Translations under genes and position numbers: made by a program
Shown here: piece after piece, positions 25,351 through 38,081 of the stretch
Numbering within the stretch: the stretch's first letter is position 1
Layout: the number at the start of each line of letters is the position of its first letter
Assembly (NCBI RefSeq): GCF_006345805.1
Contig: NC_043010.1
Span: 19,716,001-19,780,000 of the forward strand
Length of the DNA stretch: 64,000 nucleotides
Direction of reading: 5' to 3'
DNA from: Octopus sinensis
Lineage: Eukaryota
The notes under the pieces: model-generated
Database searches by the model: none
What the model was told of the DNA's origin: nothing
What the model saw: only the letters and a program-made list of their open reading frames with translations

Positions 25351-26315
25351 TATAACACTTTACTGAAACTGAAAAACTTGCAAAAATTGTTGTTCCATGT
25401 ATTGTGTAAACTGTTCATTGGACAGACTCAAGTTTTTGGAACAATTACGATGTTTCGTAAATGTTTACAAATGATACAGTGGTACTTATTTGTTAAAACC
25501 CTAAATAATCATTTATAGGTGATTGGAGAGGATGGTGGGGGTATGACTTTTCAAAATTCATGGAATCAATCAACTGTTGGAACATGATATAAACATTAAA
25601 ACAAGTGAAAGTTGAACAACAGGGAATGACATGAATCACATTGGTACGGTTATAAAAATCCCCCAAAACATCATTTTAGAAATGAGGAATTCAAGGAAAA
25701 CAGAGCAGAAATAAAAGTCATTAAAAACACTAAAAGGGAAAAATGAGAATTACAGAACAAATAAATAAATGGAACATATAATATGATGTGTGTGTGAATT
25801 ATTTATGTAACAGCATTATATGGAAAACTCAGCAATCTACAGCTGTTACCATTGCACAGAAACAATTGTTGTGATTTGTGATTAAAGCCTGTTCATTCCA
25901 TCTCCTTGTCTTAAATATATTTATCTTTTTTTTTTTTTGTGAGTAACACCCAAGCATTTCAAATTGTGGAAGTTGTTCCCCTTTAGATTATTTATTTTCT
26001 AAATTATTCAATGCAGTCTCTAATTATTGCCTGGAATAACTTTTTTTTTCAAAAGTTCATTTTCTTTGTCTCATACAGCTCAACTAATGTTTTTATGTTC
26101 ATAAAGTCTCATGACCAAATTAATTCTCTCCTTTTTCTCATTTGTAAATCTAATCAATATATAACACACCATGTGATGTCACATTACGTATTTCTATATA
26201 CATTATCCCACTGTTAATCATTCTATTTCCTATATTCCACTTTAGAGAGCTTATTTACTTATTACACTGTGCTCATATGCAACACACTATGTATCTGTAT
26301 AGCATCTTTCTTATC

Positions 26316-26818
26316 ATTATTTACATTTGATGGATATTTGTCCTCATCTTGTTTGTTGTTCCCACAACGTTTCAGCTGATATACCCTCTAGCCTTCATCT
26401 GGTGTCTTGGGGAAATTTCGAACCTGGATTCTCAATCCTAGGGTATTTTTCGGTGTTATTATTATTCTTATTATTACTCAGGTCACTGCCTGGAATCAAA
26501 CTCAGAATCTTGGGGTTAGTAGCCTGCACTCTTAACCACTATGCCATATGCCCGTGGCATAGTGGTTAAGAGCACAAGCTAATAACCCCAAGATTCAGAG
26601 TTCGATTCCAGGCAGTGACCTGAATATTAATAATAATAATAATATTGGATAATACCTTAGGAATGAGAACCCAGGTTTGAAATTTCCCCAAGACACCTGA
26701 TGAAGGCTGGAGGGTATATCAGCTGAAACATTGCGTTAACAACAAACAAGGTGAGGACAAATATTCATCAAATGTAAATAATGTACATAATTCCTCATCT
26801 CTTAAATATAGAACTGTA
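26316..26818. mobile_element. Palindromic tRNA-head plus hammerhead-like element, copy 2
   Basis: ~230-bp inverted arms around spacer atatgcccgt (26546-26555); A box tagtggttaag, B box gagttcgattcc; CTGATGA at 26697-26703. Confidence 0.85.
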
Positions 26819-27210
26819 TCTTTCTTTTCATCATCATTGTTCAATGTCTGTTTTCCATGTCTGGCATGGGTTGGACGGCTTGACTGAGGTCTGGAAAGTC
26901 AAGAGGCTGCCCCACACTCCAATCTATTTGGCAAAGTATCTACAGCTGGATGCCCTTCCTAACACCAACCACTCTTTGCCACAGCATCCATAAAACTTGT
27001 TATAATGCTCCAAAACAACTTATTTTTCATTTTTTGCTGTGCATCACAACAATTTACGAGAGATTTCTTCTTCATCATTGTAGCCTAATCAATTCTTTTG
27101 AGGTAAGTTCCTACCTTCTTACAGACTGATAAGGCTTAAGTTTGACTTGATTCTTCTCACTAAGGTCACTAAAAACCTTACTTCTTAACATCTTTTTTCT
27201 GTCTCCCCAG

Positions 27211-27617
27211 CAATGGAACAAAGGCAAAGCATTAGAAGCAGAGAGCTGGAAAGAGTAGCAAGACAGCGTGAAGACAGTGCAGCTTATATGAGAGAAGAGA
27301 GAGAGCTTGAGTGTGTTGACTGAGCAGCAGAGAGATGAAAAGAGCAGGTAGAGAGACTATGAGGCTGTGGCACTGACAGAGAAGCCAGAATGAAAGTGAG
27401 AAAAGAAGCTGACAGGAAAGACCGAGATACAGGACAAGAGTGAATAATGATGCTGAAGAGGAAAGAAAAGAAAGAGAGGGGACTTTAATTAGGTTACAGA
27501 GTGAGAGTGAGGAACAAAGGTCAAGAAGACTAGAACAAATGAGAGCTAGACATAGCACCATGGTACAAACTGAGGAAGAAAGAGAAGGAAGAGACGGGGA
27601 GCAGCTGAAAGAATAAA
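27211..27617 (+). pseudogene. Degenerate E/R-rich repeat coding fragment (STPR-like, typical of Helitron N-terminal regions)
   Basis: Reads QSESEEQRSRRLEQMRARHSTMVQTEEEREGR in one frame amid stops and frameshifts; preceded by the acceptor-like ttttttctgtctccccag. Confidence 0.5.
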
Positions 27618-28124
27618 AAGTGAAACAAAGAAATAGAAAGGAAATTAGAGGAGTTAAGACATAGGACCAAAGTAAGATAACGCAAAGGGAACAAAAGAAG
27701 GAAACCTTAGAAGAGAGAGAATGGGAGAAAACATGCTCAAGAAAGACTGGAGAATAATAATAATAATAATATAAGGCCTAGCCATCATTATTGATGGCAC
27801 AGGTGCTTTAGTAAATAAATGATTGAGTGATTGGTTGGTTAGAGATCGAACTAATTGATTAACAATAAAGAAGTGGTATTGAACCAATGTATGTGTTTAT
27901 CATTCTTGGTGTAATTACCCTCCCAAGACAACAAAATTTGTTTCAACTCATGATGAATTCAACTCAAGAATCTTGCAGATCAAATACATAAAGTAAAATA
28001 AGTTACAATGAAAGAAGGAATGAAAGGGAACTTGCGTAAGATTTTTGTCTTAGGAAAGGAAAATTTAATGACGGAAAGAAAGATGGAAGTTAAGCCTTGA
28101 TATATGGCTCTAGCTACATTGACA

Positions 28125-28445
28125 GTGTGTGTCTGTGTCTGTGTGTGAGGAGAGAGAGAGTGTGTGTGTGAGAAAGAGAGAGAGAGAGTATGTGAGAAAG
28201 AGAGAGAGTGTGTCTGTGTCTATGTGTGAGGAGAGAGAGAGTGTGTGTGTGTGTATGTGAGAAAGAGAGAGTGTGTGTGTGAGAAAGAGAAAGTGTGTGT
28301 GTGAGAAAGAGAGAGAGAGAGAGTGTATGTGTGTGTGTGTGAGAAAGAGAGAGAGAGTGTGTGTGTGTGTGTGTGTGTGAGAAGAGAGTGTGTGTGTGTG
28401 TGTAAGAGAAAGAGAGAGAAAGAGAAAGTGTATGTGTGTACGTAC
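28125..28445. repeat. Compound (GA)n/(GT)n microsatellite
   Basis: Direct observation. Confidence 0.9.
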
Positions 28446-28821
28446 ACACATACACAGAGGAGGTGAAAAGGAGGTAGAAAAGATAAGAAAACCTATCTCT
28501 GATCCAGAAATTAAATGAAGAGGGAAAGAGATTAATAGTTGCACTTTCCTTGTAGAGTGCAATGAAAACAGAAAACAGACACAAAAACTTCATCAAATAA
28601 AATGGACGGAACAAGATTTCAAAAGTGTGAGAAGGCATCAAGTAAATATAAAAGAAAAACGGTCAAATAAAGAGTTTGATCGATTCAAAAGTAGGAGAAA
28701 TAATTTCAAGTGGGAGCAAAAACATAAAACGTGAGAGAAAAATCCATAAATCCATAAGATATAAGAGGATCAATGGAGACCCATGCACAGAGTTATATCT
28801 TGGTGTGTGTGCATGGGAGAT

Positions 28822-28891
<70 letters not shown>

Positions 28892-29002
28892 ATAAGAGTA
28901 AATAATTTCTATAAAGGCTTTTAAAAAAACCCCAATTATTTACTGGTAGAATTCGATATGTAAATATAGCCGATTACCGGCAGGAACTTCTGTAAAGTTC
29001 AG

Positions 29003-29302
29003 TATATATATTGTATATAAGAAAAGGGACAGGCAAACAGGTTGCTTGACCGCATACCGAAAAAATAGAAATAGCAGTCAAGAATGCTTATTTCTATCAA
29101 AGTTGGACTCCGGGCACGACAAACCCTGTAATTCACATATGCAAAACAGAAGGAATAGATAACGAAAACGTTTTGCATATGTGAATTACAGGGTTTGTCG
29201 TGCCCAGAGTCCAACTTTGATAGAAATAAGCATTCTTGACTGCTATTTCTATTTTTTCGGTATGCGGTCAAGCAACCTGTTTGCCTGTCCCTTTTCTTAT
29301 AT

Positions 29303-29314
<12 letters not shown>
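29003..29314. repeat. Long near-perfect inverted repeat (145-bp arms, 22-bp spacer)
   Basis: 29003-29147 versus 29170-29314, with one substitution and one 1-nt indel seen. Confidence 0.92.
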
Positions 29315-29363
<49 letters not shown>

Positions 29364-29669
29364 ATATATGTATACATATAGATATATACAAATATATATA
29401 TATACACATACATATATGTATACATATAGATATATAAAAACATATATATATATATACATAAAAATATATATACACATATAAATGCATAAATGTATACATA
29501 TATACACATACTAGCAGAGATACCTGGCGTTGCCCAGGTACATTCAATTGAAGAATTAGATTTTTCTGTTATATATATATGGATACACACACACATGTGT
29601 ATATTAATATAAATACATGAAGTTTGTTAAAAAAAAGGGGATCATGTATATACCTCCTGGCTGTTGAGA

Positions 29670-30416
29670 TTATAACACCTCGTTATAAACAATGTTCCTT
29701 GTTTTTCCTTGTGGAGCATATACAAAAAGGTTTCTTTTGGTTCCTATTCTTGAGCAGCCAACATACAGTTGCCCATGCAAGAAGCAGGGCTCTTCCAAGA
29801 GAAGACCAGCTACAGAGAGGGTTTGACCCTGAGATTTGTTAATGGACATGGCAAAGCTGACACGAAGGGGGAATTGCAGTCTTCTGAATGTAAATGGAAT
29901 TTCTGCTCCTGATGGAGTAAGAGGAATTCTTGGAATAAAGACGTCATCACCTTTTCCACATTCAGAAAGAATGATCACCTCGATAACATGTGACATCATT
30001 TTCTTTATCACCAGTCGTGTTCCACTGCAAAGTCTTGGTGGTTCCAGATTGCGGAGTAGCATTACAGGAGTTCCAACTTTAAGTGCTAATATGTGTGGAG
30101 GTAGTCCAGGAGGCTCCAGTGAATTGAGAAATTCAGGAGGATAGTTCACAACTTCATTTATATCTGGAATTGTATCAACAGACTTGTAAGTGTGTATAGT
30201 GCCGGGAAGAGAATGCATTAGCTGTTGATAAATTATGTTAACAGCGACGTTTTTTGGAGCTAATATTGCTCTTTCACACAGCCAATTGTGATTTTGGTAG
30301 TTTTGTGTGAAGTTGGGAAAGACTTTGTTTTTGAGGTCATCTACAGAATTAACAACAGAGGAAAATGACCACACTTCCATTTGTCCTGCAGCATCGAGGC
30401 ATCTTGCCTTCACCAA
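29670..30416 (-). pseudogene. Helitron PIF1-like helicase, C-terminal half
   Basis: RAILAPKN, YPPEFLNSLEPPGLPPH.L.LKVG.PVMLLRNL, RLQFPLR.SFAMSINKSQGQTL and HGQLYV.CSR motifs; stop at 29670. Confidence 0.93.
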
Positions 30417-31029
30417 GTGTCAAAATGTCCTGTGCAAACTTTGTGGACAATTTGTCGCCGTGTAGCTGAGCTCTCATGTTAGTGGTGAGACTGAGGATTG
30501 TAACATGATGCCACAGGGTAGAGGACTTTAGGCATGCTTGGACTTCATCTGCTCTAGTGCCTCTCGGAATGACAGAAAGAGTTTGCCTGAAATCACCTGA
30601 CAACAGAAGCGTTACACCTCCCATTGGAGGCTGACAGTCTCGGATGTCTTTCAGGGCTCTATCTAATGCTTCCAAAGCTCCCTTGTGAGCCATAGTGCAC
30701 TCATCCCAGACAATTAGATGACACATTTTAAGTACTTGTCCCTGATCTGAGCTTTTGTTGATGTTGCATGAAGGCATTTCGGATGCTGCTAAATTGAGAG
30801 GGAGTTTAAAAGTTGAGTGTGCTGTCCTGCCACCAGGTAACAAAGTAGCTGCAATGCCAGAGGAGGCTACAGCTACTGCAATGTCCTGATGCTGCCTAAC
30901 TTCTGCAAAGAGAAGCTTTGTAATAAATGTTTTTCCTGTCCCTCCAGGAGCATCGAGGAAGAAGATTCGTCCCTTGCGTTGGCGTACACTGTTAAGAATA
31001 GTTCTGTAGTAAATATCTGTTACCATCAT
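30349..31029 (-). pseudogene. Helitron PIF1-like (SF1B) helicase, N-terminal half
   Basis: Walker A LDAPGGTGKT, AVASSGIAATLL, GGRTAHSTFKLP, Walker B LIVWDECTM and GDFRQ motifs; frameshift near 30405 after GEGK. Confidence 0.93.
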
Positions 31030-32379
31030 CCATTGTCCCGTAGTGAGAAGTAAGTTTTATTTCCCTGTGTTGGGAATGAAATGAGAATGAGATGTAAGGG
31101 GACAATGTTTTTGAGATTCCGGTTCGAATGTAAGGCAGGTTTGAAAGTGTTCTCAACAGTTATTAGTTGTAGTGGTAGAGTGTTTATGCCGAATATGTAT
31201 GTATGCATGTATATATATGTATGTATGCCTGTATATGTACAAAATCCACTGAGAAGGCTTTTGTTGGTCTGAGGCTACAGCAGAAGACACATGCTAAGTC
31301 ACCACACAGTGGGACTGAACCCAGGACCATGTGTTTGGAACGTAGTTTGTTACCACACAGCCACACCTGCCCCTATGTATGTGTGTGTGTGTGCGTATGT
31401 GTGTATGGGTAGATATATTATGCATGTATATATGTGTATATATATGTGTACATATTACATGTACATCTATATATATACATCTATACATAAAATACAAAAT
31501 ACAAAGTTATATCTTGATATATAGTGATAACAATACTCAAAATATATAACAGACTGGAATTGTAGGCCCGTCTCTTGCAATTTGGATCAATTGGATCTTG
31601 TCCTCCCTCTTGTATAGAAGTGTACGGCTGCAGTGAAATTCACTTTTGTACTTTCTTCTATCGAAGGCATTTTAACAAAAATGCTTCCGTAAAGACGGTG
31701 AAAATATTGTCAATTTTCCCAAACAGGGACACAATTCAATTTTTAAACAATAACCAAAGCCCGAAAGGGGGAGGGTTATGGTTTACAATTATTTAACAAA
31801 TGCAACACAACAACGTTTCCCTTACAAGGAACCAACAAACGTGATTACAATAGTCAAACAGTAATAATAATAACAACAAACCTTTTTAATTTATCCCCAT
31901 TTATGTGAAACCACTTATTCAAGTTCAAGTCATTGATGCAATTTTATACGAATTGCTAATACACACACACACACATAATAAGGGTGAAAAATTGAATATT
32001 AATTTGATTAATATGAATTGAAAACCAGTGGTGTAGCATATAAGACCATAGCGGGTCTTCTAGCAAAATGGATGACCATTTGTTAATGGTTCATCCCTGT
32101 TATATAATACTTTCACTTTAATAGTTTCAGTATTAAAATGAAACTGTCTGCATTACAATAAAGAGATGTTTTTGTTTCACTTTTAACACGTAATACTGAA
32201 ATAGTGAAGAAGATATGATATTGCTGTGGGGTCGCCTTAGGCAAAAGAACTCCCTGGACCTTAAGTAAGGCATGTGTAAAATTTGAATGAAATTGGTTGT
32301 GTAGTTCTCAAGTTTTAGGGAAACACACAGATAGATAGACAGACATTCTCAGTTTTATATATACATACACATACATATA

Positions 32380-32421
<42 letters not shown>

Positions 32422-32642
32422 TATACATATATGCATACATATATATTTATTAGGGCATCCAGCTGTAGAAACACTGCTAGATCAGACTGGGCCTAGTGCA
32501 GCCTCCTGGCTTCCCAGACCCCGGTCGAACCGTCCAACCCATGCTAGCATGGAAAGTGGACGTTAAATGATGATGATATATACATATATACATATACACA
32601 TATATGTATACATATACACATACATGTACACACACATATATG

Positions 32643-33466
32643 CAGGGGTTGGACAAAATAATGGAAACACCAGCATCATAGTATTGAAATATCTATAAAA
32701 CCATCAAAAGCTTGTTTATTTTTATGTTTTTTGATTTATTATTAGTGTTGCTTAATATGTTTTGCGAAAATTGCGGTTTCTTTTCAGATATCATCAAAAA
32801 AAGGTAATTAAAATTCATTAAAATGACAGATTGGACTTTTAAAGAGATCAAACTGTAAGTGCTTGTATGGCAGGCGCTAGCGTAACAAAAACAGCCGAAA
32901 AATTTGGTGTATCAAGTACTGTCTTGAGAAAGAGGGAAAAAATCTCGTCGTCGAAACAAAATTCCAGATGAAAACCAAAACTTTCAGATAGGGACCGTCA
33001 GACTCTTACGCAAATTGTTAGAAAGGATCACAAAACTGCAGCTCCCAAAATTACTGCAGAGCTTAATGACCACCTCAAGAACCCAGTTTCCAGAAAAACT
33101 GTTCACCAGGAGCTGCACAAAGCCAGATTTCATGGGAGGGCTACAATCAGAAAACCACTACTTTCAAACACAAATGTTGTGAAGTGTTTAGAGTGGAGTA
33201 AAAACCTACATAATTGGTCCCTAGTGCAGTGAAAGAATGTTATTTTCTCGGTTGAGTCATCCTTTACCTTATTTCTGACCACCGGCCGAGAATACATGTG
33301 GAGACAGCCAAAAGAAGCATTTGACCCACACTGCATTTTTCCAACTGTTAAACATGGAGGAGGATCTGTGATGAGCTGGGGGACTATATCTTGGAAATCC
33401 ACTGGCCCAATGGTTTCCCTTCAATGGCAGAATTAATACTCAAGACTAAGCATTTTATCTGATCAT
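32643..33466 (+). mobile_element. 3'-truncated Tc1-like DNA transposon (degenerate transposase)
   Basis: Left TIR caggggttggacaaaataatggaaacacc; translates to AGASVTKTAEKFGVS, RKPLLS and TVKHGGGSVMSWG with internal stops; no right TIR seen. Confidence 0.88.
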
Positions 33467-34195
33467 GGGACTTGAACCTTCATCTCCGGTAGACATGATA
33501 AATCTTCTACTATTTGACCAAAGCAATCTTTTGAATTTCCTTTTCCATTTTAGAAACTTTATTCTTCTCAGTGGGAATTTATGTTATTGATGTCTGAAGA
33601 ACTTAGAAACTGCCAGAGAACATGAGACTGATACCTTTTCACATTGTTTTAGCTTCTACTTTTCCAAACTTGCATGGGTCGGACAAGAGCATGTTGGGCC
33701 AGAGTCTTTTGCAGTTTCCAAGCGCATGGGTTTCCAAGTGTAAACAGAACACCCCAGGCTAGTAACAAACAGCCCAGACACCTTCTATATGGAAAACTGG
33801 AAATAAACGACACTGAATGAGCCCTTTTCTTTATTAAGGACACAGCACCACATATCAAGTCCGTATCAAGAAGTGTGGGCATACTTTTGTGGTGGACTGC
33901 AAGGAAACACTTCTGTCAGGAAGCATTCGTTTACGAACCAGCGAATTTGACTGAAAATATGAACACTCACAAATACACATATACAAACACACATATCATT
34001 TAATACACACACAGGTAAGTTATAAATATTTGCTTAGAAACATGTCTTCACAGCTAGAAACTACTAGCAGCTGTTGCCTTTATACTGTGTACATTAAATG
34101 AAATTTATCTCTCACTGGATGGAGTAGATTTTTTTGTTGATCTTTGCTTAACAGAACAGTAAATTGTGTGTGTGTGTGTATGTGTTGTTTACATA

Positions 34196-35112
34196 TACCG
34201 TATATACTTGAGTAATAGTTGATCACATGTAAAAGTCGACCCCACCATTTTTGGCCAAAAAATTGGGTATTTTCCGTAGAGCCCATGTACATTACTGCAT
34301 ATACTTTATACACACTTTTTGACAAGTTGTGGTGCACCTGAGTACTGTATACAATAATTTCATTATTATTTTTTTTTTCTTTTTAAATTGACCCTAGTAT
34401 TTCACAAACAACAGGACAACATTTGTGGGTGAGGGTACTGTATTATCTTGTACGTAGAAATAACAGTGTCACAAAGTTCTGTGGCTGCCTTACGGCCATG
34501 AAAAAGAAAACGTTTTTGGTGGAGGCTGTTGGTGGTGGGAAGTGATGTTGTGCTTCCACTTCTATCAATTTTGGTATTTAAAACATTAAGTTGCATTTAA
34601 TTAATTAGAAATTAAAATGCACCACTTTTGATGAGTGTGACTTTCACCATGAATATGAAAATAGTGTAATGTTACTGAAGAGTTATGACGTGAAACATGC
34701 CGACTACATATCAGCTGTATGCACCGTATTATGGTAGGTAGTGGCATGCCAGTACCGGGTAGATATGCCACCAGTGGTAATATAATATAATTATGAGATA
34801 TAAATTGATTCCACTCAGCTAGTCTGTTACATTTGATAGGTGCACGGAAAAGAGAAACTGTAAATATTTATAAGAGCTACGCGATCTGGTTTATGGGTTT
34901 TGTTATTAACTATGACGGGTGTTTTGCTGCATAGAATTGGTAATATTACTGTAATTCATTTAGCGATCAGTTGGGCTTCTGTTGCTGATATGGTACTTTG
35001 GATTCTAGCTTGAATTTCAGCCCCTCAGAAGTATTCATATAATAGACAACCCCATAAATTTGACCTTAAAAATGGTCTAAAAAGTTTGACTTTTACACAA
35101 GTACATATGGTA
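34196..35112. mobile_element. Non-autonomous pogo/Tc2-like DNA transposon
   Basis: TIRs taccgtatatacttgagtaatagttga and ttgacttttacacaagtacatatggta with TA ends. Confidence 0.65.
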
Positions 35113-35614
35113 TGTACAATGAGATTATTTCAGTTTCCAAGTAACAAATGACCCAAGTCAGTTGTAGAAGACACTTGCCTAGATACCGCACAGTGGGACT
35201 GAACCTGAAACCATGCCATTTGCCAGCAAACTTCTTACCACACATCCACACCTGTGTTAGAAACCAGCACCCTCAGGTTGTAATAAATATATAACAAAAG
35301 AAAGTGATGGCGCACACACACATCTCTCTTTTAGTGAAAATACTGAGCTAATAATACACACATCACACACAGACACACACACAAGGTAGATGGATCCTTT
35401 TCTATTTATTCAGTGTAATGGAACATTAAATCAACATGTAATTAGCGGACACTTGTACCCTTAATGTAAACGCTCAGGTATATTCAGCCCAACAGTGTGG
35501 GTGACAAAGCCCTTTCAATTACAGTGGTAATCCATTTGGTTGGCTTCGGTACAGTTTCCATCTACCCAATTTTACTTAAAAGGCTTCAGCTAATATGAAG
35601 CTATTGTAAAAGAC

Positions 35615-36358
35615 GGATTTTTCCTTTTGAACGGCAGTTTTCAACACAATTTCTAGTTAACTAAATACTTTTAAACTTTATATACTGGTAGAATGTGTCA
35701 AAATAAAACATTTTTTTCTCTTGGCTTTCTTGAGAAAATTGTAATTTGTAAGTTTAATGTAGTTTAATTTTTCGAATTTTAACCAATCGATGGCCTCTAT
35801 TTAGCTAAAATCATTTGCTGCGTCTAAAACTGAGACAACATCCTGTCACTAACCCTACACTAACCCTAACCCTAAATTTTAGCCTTTCGGTTTTTTTTTT
35901 CTTCTTAATTGTTAAATTAATTTAATTGTTACACGTGTGTCTAAAATTATTCGTTTTGTTTTTGTTTTGAGTTACACGTGTACTGTTTAAACTATTTTCC
36001 ATTGCTTAAGAAAAAAAAAAAACGAAAGGCTGAAACGAAAGCAATAGAAAATAATTTAAACAATTAACAAACAAAATAATTCTATAATTTTATACACACA
36101 CTTTCCGAACGTAAACATAACAGTGACAGGATGTTGTCTCAGTTTTAGATGCAGCAAATGATTATAGCTAAATAGAGACCATCGATTGGTTAAAATTCGA
36201 AAAATTAAACTACATTAAACTTACAAATTACAATTTTCTCAAGAAAGCCAAGAGAAAAAGATGTTTTATTTTGACACATTCTACCAGTATACGAAGTTTA
36301 AAAGTGTTTAGTTAACTAGAAATTGTGTTGAAAACTGCCATTCAAAAGGAAAAGATCC
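35615..36358. mobile_element. Fold-back element with ~235-bp inverted arms and internal CCCTAA-like repeats
   Basis: 35615-35850 pairs with 36122-36358; taaccctacactaaccctaaccctaaa just inside the left arm. Confidence 0.85.
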
Positions 36359-36714
36359 TAAAAGACTTACCCCAAGATGCCACAAAGTGGAACTGAACCT
36401 GAGACCTCATGACTACAAAGCAAACTTCAAAAACTCTTTTGCCATAACTCCAAATCCCACCATACCTCCCCCACCCCAATTTGTTCACTACTTTCCTATT
36501 CAAATTTCCCACTAAAGAGGCCATTTTCAGATGGTATATCAATGAAGAAATGCTTTTAAAGTAAATATTCAGATATATCATCATTGGTTAACGTCTGTTT
36601 TCCATGCTGGCATGGGTTGGATGGTTTGACTGAGGTCTGGATAGCCAGCAGCTGCACCCGGCTTCAATCTGATCTGGCAGTGTTTCTACAGCTGGATGCC
36701 CTTCACAGCATGCA

Positions 36715-37020
36715 AGGTGTTTATAAGCCATTTAAAAATACACAAAAACCATTAGATTCACTTCAACATTTAATTTATCAAAATATTTTCATCGCTTTGA
36801 AACTGGGACTTTTCACTGACAAAACCTTGTGACAGGTCATGGTTTCAAAGCGATGAAAATATTTAAACACAACTTAAATTTAAATGTTGATGTGAATCTA
36901 ATGGTTTTTTTGTATGTTTTTAAATGGCTTATAAACACCTTCCACGTTGCAATTGTTTTTGTTTCAGCACACGATCTCAGATCAAGTCACTTGCTATGCA
37001 ACTACATCTCTGTAATATCT
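36715..37020. mobile_element. Second palindromic repeat family with a unique tail, copy 1
   Basis: ~105-bp inverted arms (ggtgtttataagccatt...aatggcttataaacacc) plus tail ...cagatcaagtcacttgctatgca; second copy at 61564-61875. Confidence 0.75.
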
Positions 37021-37777
37021 ATATTATATTAGAGGAAAAATCAAAACCAAGGCAGAACAAGTATCTCAAGTCATTCAGAATGATATAATTAGGGTAAGGT
37101 GAATTTGAAGTCTTACAACTGTTTCTGCTATAACCCAAGTGGTAGGTTAGCATGTCCATGCTTTGGGTATTCCATCATCAGAGACAAGGTATGAATATTT
37201 TAGACAGGGAAAATTCACAGTTTACAAGGAATAAGATAGAAGAATAAAGAGCAAAAGTAGCCAGATGTATGAGCTGGGCTCTGCCTTGAAGAATTTTAGC
37301 TGCACAGACCAACTCCAGTCCATATTTTTAAGCCTGGTACTCATTCTATCAGTGTCTTTTGCTGAACTGTTAAGTTACAGGGATGTAAAACACCAACATT
37401 GGTTGTCAGTTGGTGGTAGGGGACAGACACTTGCCCAAGAAGCAATATAATGAGACTGAACCTGGAACCATCTGACTTGGAAGCATGCTTCTTACCACAT
37501 AGCCATGTCTGCACCTATATCTATATATATATATATATACATAACTGAAAGAATTGGAGTCAACAACAGGGGGTATAGTGGGACAAAAAAAAAATAATAA
37601 ATTTCCAATCACACCCCTTCTTGTTGACTCCAATTTTTGCAGTGATATATTCACACATGACAGATGCCAAAATGCAAACCTGGAAGTACATATAATACTA
37701 CTACTGGATAACAGGATAAATCTGAAGGTCGACAAGCTTTGTACTATACTCTACTATGCTCTTAACAGAATATAACA

Positions 37778-37837
<60 letters not shown>

Positions 37838-38037
37838 ATCCAAACATGAACAAAGAGAAAACACAACTACGCGAGGATGTGGAACAAGTATAGTGTTATT
37901 GGATGCTCAGGAAAGGAAAGAAAGAGGATTTAATGTTCCGAGCAGAGCTCTTTGTCAGAAACATAGAAAAAGGAAAGGTCCAAGGAAGGGAAGACAGAGG
38001 AAAAAAATCACCAACGATACACACGCGGTCACATATT

Positions 38038-38081
<44 letters not shown>

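Larger units (their letters stand above)
29511..32365 (-). mobile_element. Internally deleted Helitron (rolling-circle transposon) retaining the helicase region; SINE and microsatellite inserted near 31200-31500
   Basis: 3' CTAG at 29514-29511 followed by T, and perfect hairpin tacctgg-cgttgc-ccaggta at 29521-29540. Helicase ORFs are internal; a 5'-like end (gacagacattctcagttttatatata) lies near 32340-32365. No Rep/HUH domain seen. Confidence 0.85.

Noticed and set aside
26556-26625. Functional tRNA gene
   Set aside because: A and B boxes are present but there is no complete cloverleaf or acceptor stem; it is the head of a repeated element.
29836-30144. Plus-strand 102-aa ORF
   Set aside because: Antisense shadow of the Helitron helicase ORF.
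33640-33830. HLLYGKLE-like peptide suggesting an RTE 3' fragment
   Set aside because: A single short motif in a degraded frame; too weak to call.
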